Shown in pieces: positions 32,527-40,816 of a DNA stretch of 40,816 nt. This DNA is from Candidatus Woesearchaeota archaeon (GTDB taxonomy: Archaea > Nanobdellota > Nanobdellia > Pacearchaeales > UBA12030), in assembly GCA_964361585.1 (NCBI GenBank), contig CAYIBB010000003.1:1-40816 (forward strand), read 5' to 3'. The notes under the pieces were generated by a model. That model did no database searches. It was not told the origin of the DNA and saw only the letters and a program-made list of their open reading frames with translations. Positions within the stretch are counted from its first letter, which is position 1, and the number at the start of each line of letters is the position of its first letter. Made by a program: the position numbers and the translations under genes.

Positions 32527-34092
32527 ATGCTTTCAATTCAGGGCCTAGTGCCAAGGGCCTATCAAAGAAATATTCTTGAAACTGCAAAGGGAAATAACTG
32601 CCTTATGGTATTACCAACGGGATTGGGCAAGACCCTTGTTGCATTACTACTTGCAATAGAACGCATTAACAAGCTGCCAACTTCACAAGTATTATTCATG
32701 GCTCCGACAAGGCCGCTTGCTGCTCAGCATTATGAGACTTTCAAGAAACACATTTCAGGGCTTGATGAAGAATTCTTTTCACTAGTAACTGGGCAGATAG
32801 GGCCAAAAAAGAGAAAGTTGATCTGGAACAGTGCCTCATTCATTTTTTCAACTCCTCAATGTGTTGCCAACGACTTAAGAAATGGAACTCTAAGCTTGCA
32901 AAATTTTTCCTTGCTGATAGAGGATGAATGCCATAGATGCCTGAAAAATTATGATTACGTTTATGTGGCAAAGGTTTACAAGGAAATGGCTGAAAATGCC
33001 AGAATTCTGGGACTTACAGCATCTCCTGGAAGTGATGCCTCAGTAATTTCGCAGATTTGCAAGAACCTTAGCATAGAAGCAGTAGAGGTGAGAACAAGAC
33101 AGAGTGAAGATGTTAAGCCATATGTAAAGAAACTTAAGACAGAATTCATTAGGGTGGACCTTCCTTCCGAGTTTGTGACTATTCGAGAACACCTAACAAA
33201 GATTTACAACAAAAAAATAGAGGAACTAAAAAATAGAGGAATTGTTTTCCAAGGCCAGAGAGTAACTAAAAAAACCATTATTGAACTTCAAGTAAGGTTA
33301 AGGAGAATAATCAATGCAGGCAATAATAACTTCAACATTTTGAGAGGGATTTCTGTACTTGCAGAAATTATGAAAGTACAACATCTTTATGAGTTGCTTG
33401 AGACACAATGTATTGAAGCTGCACACTCTTATGCCAGAGAGCTTGAGAATGAAGCCAAAAAGGGAAGTAGCAAGGCAGTAAAAAGCCTTGTGAAGAATCC
33501 TGATTTTCAACTTGCGATTACAAAACTCAAGGGCATTTATGGAAAGCAAGAGCATCCTAAACTAGAGATGCTAAAAAAGATAGTAAGAAAAATGCAGAGG
33601 CAGAGGATTATGATTTTTGCGCAATATAGAGCTACTGTAAAGAAGATCCACGATGAATTGGAAGGGATTGGTATAAAAAGCAAAGTCTTCATAGGTCAAG
33701 CCTCGAGAGAAATGAAAGGGCTTTCGCAGAAAGAACAACAGGCAATTATTAGAGAATTTTCAGATGGTAAAATTAATGCATTGGTATCCACAAGCATAGG
33801 TGAAGAAGGCCTCGATATCCCGGAAGTCAATCTTGTAATTTTCTACGAGCCTGTTCCAAGTGCGATTAGAAAAATCCAGAGGGCAGGAAGAACTGCAAGG
33901 CTGAAGTCCGGCAAACTAATTGTGCTAATAACTAGAAAGACTAGAGATGAGGCTTACCACTATGCAGCATTCTATAAAGAAAGAAAAATGCATGGCATTC
34001 TTACAGATATGGCAGAAAGACTTACAAGGAAGCAAAGCAAAAAGCAGTCAAGACTTACCGAGTTTTTAGAGGCAAAGGAAGCAAAGATTTAA
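32527..34092 (+). CDS. Hef/FANCM-like (ERCC4-related) SF2 helicase without a nuclease domain
   Basis: LPTGLGKT, APTRPL, DECH, GLTASPG, TSIGEEGLDIP, IQRAGRTAR; C-terminal QSRLTEF PIP-like box. Confidence 0.9.
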   Translation: MLSIQGLVPRAYQRNILETAKGNNCLMVLPTGLGKTLVALLLAIERINKLPTSQVLFMAPTRPLAAQHYETFKKHISGLDEEFFSLVTGQIGPKKRKLIWNSASFIFSTPQCVANDLRNGTLSLQNFSLLIEDECHRCLKNYDYVYVAKVYKEMAENARILGLTASPGSDASVISQICKNLSIEAVEVRTRQSEDVKPYVKKLKTEFIRVDLPSEFVTIREHLTKIYNKKIEELKNRGIVFQGQRVTKKTIIELQVRLRRIINAGNNNFNILRGISVLAEIMKVQHLYELLETQCIEAAHSYARELENEAKKGSSKAVKSLVKNPDFQLAITKLKGIYGKQEHPKLEMLKKIVRKMQRQRIMIFAQYRATVKKIHDELEGIGIKSKVFIGQASREMKGLSQKEQQAIIREFSDGKINALVSTSIGEEGLDIPEVNLVIFYEPVPSAIRKIQRAGRTARLKSGKLIVLITRKTRDEAYHYAAFYKERKMHGILTDMAERLTRKQSKKQSRLTEFLEAKEAKI

Positions 34093-34132
34093 AAACTTTA
34101 AAGTCGGATTAAATATAAATAAAAGAGGTAAA

Positions 34133-34375
34133 ATGTTTGGAAAGTATTTGTGTCATCAATGTAAGGGAGGGATGACAGTGATCATAGGGATATTGATACT
34201 ATTGAATGCTGTTTTTGATGCAGTGAGTTGGGTTGTTTTTATTGGTGTTATTTTAGTCCTCTTGGGATTAATGAAGATGTTTATGCCATACTGTCCGCAT
34301 TGTGAAATGAAGTGGAAGGCTGACTGGAAGGGAACGGGTATGGAAGCGAAGACAAGACCAAGAAGAAGGAGATAA
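34133..34375 (+). CDS. small 2-TM protein with Cys/His motifs at both ends
   Basis: CHQC, two TM helices, CPHC; GAGGT RBS. Confidence 0.7.
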   Translation: MFGKYLCHQCKGGMTVIIGILILLNAVFDAVSWVVFIGVILVLLGLMKMFMPYCPHCEMKWKADWKGTGMEAKTRPRRRR

Positions 34376-34393
34376 ATTTTCTTTATTTTAATT

Positions 34394-34621
34394 CTACTTT
34401 TTATAGATAATATTATTCAATTCACTCACTAACTCAGTCACAAATTCATCATTATGACCATGGCCTTTAAGGCCTTGCTCCAGTGTCTCGAAGTGACTTA
34501 CATGACAGCCTATACAGTGAACTCCTGTCGAGAGCAGAGTTTCAATAACCTCCGGATATTTCTCAACAATTTCAGCTATAGCCATGTCCTTTGTTATGCC
34601 ACCACTTTCTTGTTTCGTCAT
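34394..34621 (-). CDS. DUF1858 domain protein (hybrid-cluster-associated redox domain)
   Basis: ITKDMAIAEIVEKYPE...GVHCIGC...ETLEQG..GHG. Confidence 0.85.
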   Translation of the reverse strand: MTKQESGGITKDMAIAEIVEKYPEVIETLLSTGVHCIGCHVSHFETLEQGLKGHGHNDEFVTELVSELNNIIYKK

Positions 34622-34622
34622 T

Positions 34623-35018
34623 TTAATTTCTGATTCTGATATTATTTTTATTTTTAATAAATATTCCTCCTACCATGTTATAATACAACCGAACTAAAAG
34701 ATTTCCCTGTCTTTCAATTGAGATCTCAATGTTCTCACCTCTAATATTTTCAACTCTTTTTAATGCTTCAATAGTTGCAATGTAACTATCACTTCCGAAA
34801 ACTGAAAATCTTCTGACTCTATATCAGTTCCTTTCTCTTTCAATATAGATTCTAACATCATACTCAATTGGAATAAACAAGAAAGAAGGCTCAAAGCGTG
34901 GAACATGCACAACAACTTTCTGTGAATCACCTTCTCGCAATATTCTTTCAAGCTCATTAAACACAATTACTCTTAATGCATTTTCTCTTGCTATTTCTGG
35001 GTGTACATACTTATTCAT
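34623..35018 (-). pseudogene. 132-codon frame interrupted by a single in-frame TGA (34824-34826)
   Basis: The 64-aa ORF continues in frame for 66 sense codons to a TAA 1 nt before the DUF1858 start. Confidence 0.6.
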
Positions 35019-35033
35019 CTTAAATATAATTAA

Positions 35034-35642
35034 TCACTTAATTGCATTAAGAAAATTTTCGTTCACTTGATCCCAATTGATTACATTAAAGAATGCTGCC
35101 ATGTATTCAGCTCTTCTGTTCTGATATTTTAGATAGTATGCATGCTCCCATACATCAATTCCAAGAACAGGAATTTTTCCTTGCATTAATGGTGAGTCTT
35201 GATTTGAAGTTTGTAATATCTCAAAATTTCCCTTATCAATAACAAGCCATGCCCATCCACTTCCGAATAAATTGATAGCAGCATTAGAAAATTCTTCCTT
35301 GAATTTTTCGAGGCTTGAGAATTTCTTATTAATAGCTTTCAATACTTCACCTTTAGGATTACTTTCCTTCTTGAGCATTGGCCACCAAAAAGAATGATTT
35401 GCATGACCGCCTCCATGATTTCTTACTGCATTCCTAATTTTTTCTGGCACACTATTTATATTCCTTAATAATTGCTCAACAGGCTTTCCAACCAAATTAG
35501 TTCCCAGCAATGCAGCATTCAGCTTATCAACATAGGTTTGATGATGTTTGTTATAGTGAATTTCCATTGTCCGTGCATCTATGTAAGGCTCTAGTGCACT
35601 ATAAGTATAAGGCAATTTCGGAAGTTTATGTAGTTCTGGCAT
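35034..35642 (-). CDS. sod: Fe/Mn superoxide dismutase
   Basis: [33 protein letters not shown]. Confidence 0.96.
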   Translation of the reverse strand: MPELHKLPKLPYTYSALEPYIDARTMEIHYNKHHQTYVDKLNAALLGTNLVGKPVEQLLRNINSVPEKIRNAVRNHGGGHANHSFWWPMLKKESNPKGEVLKAINKKFSSLEKFKEEFSNAAINLFGSGWAWLVIDKGNFEILQTSNQDSPLMQGKIPVLGIDVWEHAYYLKYQNRRAEYMAAFFNVINWDQVNENFLNAIK

Positions 35643-35703
35643 TCTTTCTCTAGTATAGAAATTTATTTATATTTTTTGTTTTCACATACTTAACATTTAA
35701 ATT

Positions 35704-36450
35704 TCATTTTAACTCTAAAGTTTCATACCCCTTCTCTTCAAGCTCTTGCGCAAGTTCCTTGCTTCCGGACTTTACAATTCGACCACCAATCATTACATAC
35801 ACCTTATCCGGCTTGATGTAACCAAGTATTCTTTGATAATGTGTAATCAGTAAGATTCCTAACTCCTTGCTACGAAGTTTATTTATTCCTTCTGCCACTA
35901 TCTTGAGCGCATCAATATCTAACCCAGAATCAGTTTCATCAAGGATTGCAATCTCTGGCTGAAGAACCGCCAGCTGAAGTATTTCTGCCTTCTTCTTTTC
36001 TCCTCCTGAAAAACCCTCGTTAAGGTAACGATCAGCAAAATTCTGGGGCATTTTTAACATATCAAGCTTTTCATTCAACAGCTTTCTGAATTCGAAAGGT
36101 GATAGTTTTTTTACATTTAGTTTTTCATTTAATGCTAACCTAAGAAAATTAAACATGCTCACCCCAGAAACTTCATAAGGATACTGAAAGGATAAAAAGA
36201 GTCCTTGCTTCGCTCTTTCATGAACTTTTGCTCCTGTAATATCCTGACCCTTCAGAATAATTTTTCCATTCTCAACACTATAGTTAGGATGTCCCATTAA
36301 GGTGAAGGCTAAAGTGCTCTTGCCAGATCCATTGGGCCCCATGAGTGCAACTACCTCTCCCTTTCCAACTTCAAGGCTAACGCCATTCAGAATTTTAGTC
36401 CCATTTACATTCACATGAAGATTTTTAACTTCGAGTTTATTATTTTCCAT
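35704..36450 (-). CDS. sufC: Fe-S cluster assembly ATPase SufC (start moved from 36471)
   Basis: GPNGSGKST, FLSFQYP, NEGFSGGEKK, LDETDSGLDID, ITHYQRIL. Confidence 0.95.
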   Translation of the reverse strand: MENNKLEVKNLHVNVNGTKILNGVSLEVGKGEVVALMGPNGSGKSTLAFTLMGHPNYSVENGKIILKGQDITGAKVHERAKQGLFLSFQYPYEVSGVSMFNFLRLALNEKLNVKKLSPFEFRKLLNEKLDMLKMPQNFADRYLNEGFSGGEKKKAEILQLAVLQPEIAILDETDSGLDIDALKIVAEGINKLRSKELGILLITHYQRILGYIKPDKVYVMIGGRIVKSGSKELAQELEEKGYETLELK

Positions 36451-36817
36451 TTTCATACTTAGAAGCTGCACTTTTTAATGCATCTAGTGAGATAAGAGCA
36501 CACTTTAGCCTTATAGGAGAAATTGGTATGCCTAACATTTCTAATATGTCCTCTCTTCTAATTTCTTTTATTTCCTCTACGCTCTTATTTTTAACAAATT
36601 CAGTAAGTATACTGGCAGTTGCCTGAGAAATAGCACATCCCTGTCCTGAAAATGCAATTTCCTTAACATGAGAAGAATTGAATCTTATCTCAATTTGGAT
36701 TTCATCTCCACATAAAGTGTTAACTTCTTTGGCAACAGAATCTGCATTCTGCAGTTTACCGAAATTTCTAGGATTTTTCCAATGTTCGAGTATATTCTCC
36801 TTGTACATATCTAACAT
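36440..36817 (-). CDS. sufU: SufU/IscU-family scaffold or sulfur-transfer protein
   Basis: ILEHWKNPRN, NTLCGD, GCAISQA, RLKCA. Confidence 0.88.
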   Translation of the reverse strand: MLDMYKENILEHWKNPRNFGKLQNADSVAKEVNTLCGDEIQIEIRFNSSHVKEIAFSGQGCAISQATASILTEFVKNKSVEEIKEIRREDILEMLGIPISPIRLKCALISLDALKSAASKYENGK

Positions 36818-36818
36818 T

Positions 36819-38033
36819 TTAACTAAAAACCTTCCTGACCTTTTCCAGTCCCTCGATCAGAGAATCAACATCTTCCCTCGAGTTATAGAGGTAAAAAGAA
36901 GCTCTAGCAGTCCCACTAATCCCAAGAACTTGCATGAGGGGCATGCAACAATGATGCCCTCCCCTTATTGCCACACCCTCACTATCAAGAATGGCTGAAA
37001 CATCGTGCGAATGCACTTTCCCTATATTGAAAGAGATAATTGGCGCCTCAAAAGGACCGTGAATTTTTAGTCCTTCTATTTCCTTTATCTTTTCTAGAGC
37101 ATACTCAGTAATTTGTTTTTCATAATCTAAAATATTTTCCATTCCTACAGCTTTGAGATAATCAACTGCAACTCCTAAGGCTATAGCCTCTGCAATTGGT
37201 TGAGTTCCAGCCTCAAACTTCCAAGGAACTTCATTAAATTCCGTACTATCAAATTTAACTTCTTTTATCATATCTCCTCCGTAAAGGAAAGGTTTCATAT
37301 TCTCAAGTAATTCTTGTTTGCCATACAGGCAACCAATTCCAGTAGGACCTAGCATCTTGTGTCCAGAAAATGCCAAAAAGTCTGCACCAAGTTTTTTTAC
37401 ATTTACAGGCATGTGACCTACACTTTGGGCAGCATCCACCACCAACAGAGAACCATTATCATGCGAAATTTTAGAGATTTCATGAATGGGGTTTACAGTT
37501 CCTAATGCATTACTTACATGCGTAAGGCTTACAATTTTAGTTCTTTTATTAATTTGCCGCTCAAGGTTTTCTAAATCTAACTTTCCGTCTTGTGTAATTT
37601 TAACAAACTTAAGATTTAGCCCATGAATTTTGGCAAGTTGTTGCCACGGCACGAAGTTGCTATGGTGTTCCATCTGTGAGATTAGAATCTCATCTCCACT
37701 CTCAAGATTCCACGTCAAGGAATAGGCCACTAAGTTAATTGCCTCTGTAGCATTCTTTGTAAAAATAAGTTCGTTGGGCCTTGCTCCTACAAATGAAGCA
37801 ATTTTTCCTCTCGAAGCTTCATATGCAAGAGTTGCTTCTTCACTTAACTGGTAAACTCCCCTATGCACATTAGAGTTATGTTGCTCATAAAATTCTTTCA
37901 GGGCAGAAATGACTTGTCTTGGCTTTTGAGTGGTGGCTGCATTGTCCAAGTAGACTAGCCTTTTGCCATTTACCTTTCTAAAGAGTATAGGAAAATCTTC
38001 TCTTAGTTTATTTACATTTAATAGTTTCTGCAT
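36819..38033 (-). CDS. sufS: cysteine desulfurase SufS (group II)
   Basis: YLDNAATTQKP, EHHSN, SGHKMLGP, RGGHHC. Confidence 0.95.
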   Translation of the reverse strand: MQKLLNVNKLREDFPILFRKVNGKRLVYLDNAATTQKPRQVISALKEFYEQHNSNVHRGVYQLSEEATLAYEASRGKIASFVGARPNELIFTKNATEAINLVAYSLTWNLESGDEILISQMEHHSNFVPWQQLAKIHGLNLKFVKITQDGKLDLENLERQINKRTKIVSLTHVSNALGTVNPIHEISKISHDNGSLLVVDAAQSVGHMPVNVKKLGADFLAFSGHKMLGPTGIGCLYGKQELLENMKPFLYGGDMIKEVKFDSTEFNEVPWKFEAGTQPIAEAIALGVAVDYLKAVGMENILDYEKQITEYALEKIKEIEGLKIHGPFEAPIISFNIGKVHSHDVSAILDSEGVAIRGGHHCCMPLMQVLGISGTARASFYLYNSREDVDSLIEGLEKVRKVFS

Positions 38034-38034
38034 T

Positions 38035-39075
38035 TTATATTTGTTTTATTATCTCTCTCTGAAGAGATAAATTTAATTTGTCTAATATCGGAGATAAAAA
38101 TCCCTCGAGCATAACTTTCTTAGCCTTCTCTTCTTCAAGCCCGCGGCTCATGAGGTAAAAAAGCTTCTCCTTATCGAGCTGCCCTATTGTTGCTCCATGA
38201 GTGCATCTTACTTCATTATTCTCAATCTCCAAATTCGGAATAGCATTTGCCTCAGCTCCATCATTCATTATCAAGAGCTCTGCTTTCTGATATCCGTTCG
38301 AGTTACTAGCATTTTTATCAACCCTTACAAGTCCTCTGTATAGAGCCTTTGCTCTATCTTTCACAATTCCCTTCACTAACATATCACTTTTTGTAGATTT
38401 TGCTTTATGTACAGCTTCTGCATAGAGATCAAATTGCTGTTTTTCCTTTCCAAGTACAAGGCCATAATTCCTAACTTCTGATCCTTCCCCATTAAGTGAA
38501 GTTAATGTAAGCGCTCGAGTAAAATCACTTCCTAAATGTAGGTCATACCAATTTATTCTACTATCCCTAGCAAGGTTGGCCTTTCTCAATACAAAGCTAT
38601 GAGGAGCTTTTGAGTTATTTACACTAAAAAAATTAATTTCAGATCCTTCTCTTAGATAGATTTCGGTAGTATTTCCATAATAATTTTCTGTAAACTGAAA
38701 TTCAGTAAAGTTGAGTTTACTTTGAGGCTCTGCTATGATAAGGGTATAATTAATATCCCGAGCTGGCTCGAACTTGAATTCCATCTCTTTGCCCTTAGGA
38801 ATTCTTAAAAACAAGGCTTGTTGAAAAAATGCTGCATTGAAGACATTTATTTTATCATTAAGTTTTATTGAGTTCATGAAGTAATTTTCTGCTTCCTCAA
38901 GTGAGATGCCATTCTCGTCTATTGAAAAGTCATCTTTAATTTCTACTTCCTCGAGTTTTATTTGAGGATTCATTAGAATACTGAGCCCATATCTAAAGTT
39001 AGGAGATGGCAAACTATCAAAGGCTTCTTTCGCCTTTTTTCGCTTATCTAGAATAAATTTAGGTATTTTCATCAA
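38035..39075 (-). CDS. sufD: Fe-S cluster assembly protein SufD
   Basis: PNLEIENNEVRCTHGATIG, FYLMSRGL; follows sufB. Confidence 0.88.
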   Translation of the reverse strand: MMKIPKFILDKRKKAKEAFDSLPSPNFRYGLSILMNPQIKLEEVEIKDDFSIDENGISLEEAENYFMNSIKLNDKINVFNAAFFQQALFLRIPKGKEMEFKFEPARDINYTLIIAEPQSKLNFTEFQFTENYYGNTTEIYLREGSEINFFSVNNSKAPHSFVLRKANLARDSRINWYDLHLGSDFTRALTLTSLNGEGSEVRNYGLVLGKEKQQFDLYAEAVHKAKSTKSDMLVKGIVKDRAKALYRGLVRVDKNASNSNGYQKAELLIMNDGAEANAIPNLEIENNEVRCTHGATIGQLDKEKLFYLMSRGLEEEKAKKVMLEGFLSPILDKLNLSLQREIIKQI

Positions 39076-40472
39076 CCAACACTTCCTTCCATTTCTAGTT
39101 CTAGGAGACGGTTAAACTCAATTGCATACTCAAGAGGGAATTCCTTAACTATTGGCTCCATGAAACCATTAACAATAAGTTGAATTGCCTGCTCTTCCTT
39201 GAGGCCGCGGCTCATGAGATAGAAAATTTGGCCTGAGCTAATTTTGCCCACAGTTGCCTCATGTGCCACTTCTACCTTATCTTCCTTGATATCCATGTAA
39301 GGAATTGTGTTGCTAGAAGAATATTTATCTAGAATGAGTGCATCGCAACTTACAGATGCTCTTGAGTTTATGGCGCCTTTGTTTATCTTCAATAAACCTC
39401 GGTATGTCGTTATTCCTCCATCTTTACTTATGCTCTTACTTTTGATTGTAGAAGTTGTATTAGGAGCCATATGGTACACTTTAGTTCCTGTATCCTGCAC
39501 TTGACCTTTACCAGCAAATGCAATTGTTAGATGTGAACTTCTTGAGTTCTCTCCTAGAAGTAAACTTGATGGATACAACATCGTGGTCCCAGAACCAATA
39601 TTGGCAGAAACCCATTCAATAGTTCCATTTTTCTCAACAATTGCTCTCTTAGTGTTAAGATTATATGTATTGCGGCCCCAATTTTCTATGCTGCTGTATC
39701 TCACTCTGGCCCCTTCTTTAACGTAAATTTCTACACAACCAGCATGCAAATTTGCTACAGTATAACGAGGATTTGAACAAGCTTCGAGATAATGCACCTC
39801 TGAACCTTTATCAGCAATAATAAGTGTATGCTCAAACTGTCCCGCTCCTGCTGCATTCATTCTGAAGTATGCTTGGAGTGGCATTGTCACTTTAACTCCA
39901 GGGGGAACATAAATGAAAGTTCCTCCTGACCATGCAGATGCATGCAACATTGCAAATTTATGATCATTAATAGGCACACACCTTGTCATGAAATATTCCT
40001 TAACAAATTCAGGATATTTATTAAGTGCAGTATCCATATCCTCAAAAATTACTCCCTTGTCCTGCCATTCTTTCTTTAGGTTATGATATGCAGTAATGCT
40101 TTCATACTGAAATCCTGCCCCCGCAAAAAGTTTTTGCTCTGCTTCTGGAATTCCCAATCGTTCAGCTGTCTTCTTTATGTATTCAGGAACATTTTCCCAT
40201 GAATTTGCATAAACTCTCTCTTCTGGCCTGAGATAATAAGAGATTTTATCTAGATCTAACTTACTTAAATCAGGCCCCCATGCAGGAATTTTGGTGTTCC
40301 TGAAGTGCTCTAGTGCTTGCAACCTCTTCCTGAACATCCATTCAGGCTCTCCTTTCTCCTCTGAGATTAATTTAACAACTTCCTCTCTCAATCCTGGTTC
40401 TGCCTTCACAATAAATTTTTCGGGATCTCTCACATCATGAATTCCACGATTAATTTCAAAATTTTGCTTCAT
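39072..40472 (-). CDS. sufB: Fe-S cluster assembly protein SufB
   Basis: WSGGTFIYVP, GQFEHTLII, HEATVGKI, FYLMSRGL, EGSVG end. Confidence 0.95.
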   Translation of the reverse strand: MKQNFEINRGIHDVRDPEKFIVKAEPGLREEVVKLISEEKGEPEWMFRKRLQALEHFRNTKIPAWGPDLSKLDLDKISYYLRPEERVYANSWENVPEYIKKTAERLGIPEAEQKLFAGAGFQYESITAYHNLKKEWQDKGVIFEDMDTALNKYPEFVKEYFMTRCVPINDHKFAMLHASAWSGGTFIYVPPGVKVTMPLQAYFRMNAAGAGQFEHTLIIADKGSEVHYLEACSNPRYTVANLHAGCVEIYVKEGARVRYSSIENWGRNTYNLNTKRAIVEKNGTIEWVSANIGSGTTMLYPSSLLLGENSRSSHLTIAFAGKGQVQDTGTKVYHMAPNTTSTIKSKSISKDGGITTYRGLLKINKGAINSRASVSCDALILDKYSSSNTIPYMDIKEDKVEVAHEATVGKISSGQIFYLMSRGLKEEQAIQLIVNGFMEPIVKEFPLEYAIEFNRLLELEMEGSVG

Positions 40473-40816
40473 TTCTCAAAACAGACTGCGCATCCCCTAG
40501 GAACTTTAGAAAACTTCCTATGGTATTTACAAATTAATCTGCTCTCAAATATTAATTTAAGAATTTTTTGAACTTCAATAATGCTATCTTCAGACTTACG
40601 TATTCTCCTTACGGAATTTGCAATTTCTTGTTTAATAGAAGAATTAAATTTTATTTCATTTGCTCTTTTCTCATTTAAGTATTGAGATATTGCAGCTTCT
40701 GTAACCCCTAAAAGTTTGGCTATTTCTTTCTGTTCCAACCCTTCCTTGAGCATTACTCTAGCAAGTTCTTTCCTAATAGTTGGAATTACATAGAATACTT
40801 CTACCTCTTGAGGATA
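40469..40816 (-). CDS. archaeal HTH transcriptional regulator (COG2522-like), 5' partial
   Basis: Frame is open to the window end (YPQEVEVFYVIPTIRKELARVMLKEG...); HTH QKEIAKLLGVTEAAISQY; C-terminal CxxH...CxxC. Confidence 0.85.
   Translation of the reverse strand, partial: YPQEVEVFYVIPTIRKELARVMLKEGLEQKEIAKLLGVTEAAISQYLNEKRANEIKFNSSIKQEIANSVRRIRKSEDSIIEVQKILKLIFESRLICKYHRKFSKVPRGCAVCFEK

Noticed and set aside
38140-39218. Repeated GCCGCGGCTCATGAG in sufD and sufB
   Set aside because: Explained by the shared LMSRG protein motif of the paralogs
1770-39504. Antisense or out-of-frame ORFs in the track (e.g. 1770-2078, 4322-4753, 10113-10460, 10640-11197, 19639-19941, 24745-25170, 29601-29987, 31683-31901, 36678-36998)
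   Set aside because: They are shadows of well-supported genes and have no motifs of their own
1-40816. Genome-wide TGA reassignment suggested by the in-frame TGA at 34824
   Set aside because: glyS, radA and sufB end at TGA at their expected C-termini, so TGA is a normal stop
1-40816. CRISPR array, rRNA, transposase or integrase
   Set aside because: No regularly spaced repeats, long GC-rich RNA gene or recombinase motifs seen

Overview
AT-rich archaeal chromosome segment. The evidence is RadA, EF-1beta, RPA, a Hef-like helicase, BHB-type tRNA introns and TATA promoters; the gene set and small-protein style suggest a DPANN archaeon of the Pacearchaeota/Woesearchaeota type (inference). The main feature is a type IV pilus/Tad-like locus (about 12.6-26.9 kb, minus strand): a secretion ATPase, a TadC-like platform protein and 11 consecutive class III signal peptide proteins, two of them missed by the ORF track. 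An A24 prepilin peptidase lies at 6.1 kb. Three of the pilin-like proteins carry cargo that could act on a target cell envelope: an intact SLT lytic transglycosylase, an M23 peptidase domain missing two Zn ligands, and a glycine zipper. Archaea of this type lack peptidoglycan, so this looks like a pilus-displayed apparatus for attaching to or breaching bacterial cells. Other notable items: (1) a likely remote DGR target gene at 31.6-32.4 kb with an A-depleted variable region and a GAA-loop hairpin; (2) two tRNA genes with three introns that share a hairpin element also found free-standing; (3) a toxin-antitoxin-like island with a split antitoxin paralog inside the pilus locus; (4) several interrupted ORFs; (5) a complete sufBDSUC operon followed by sod.
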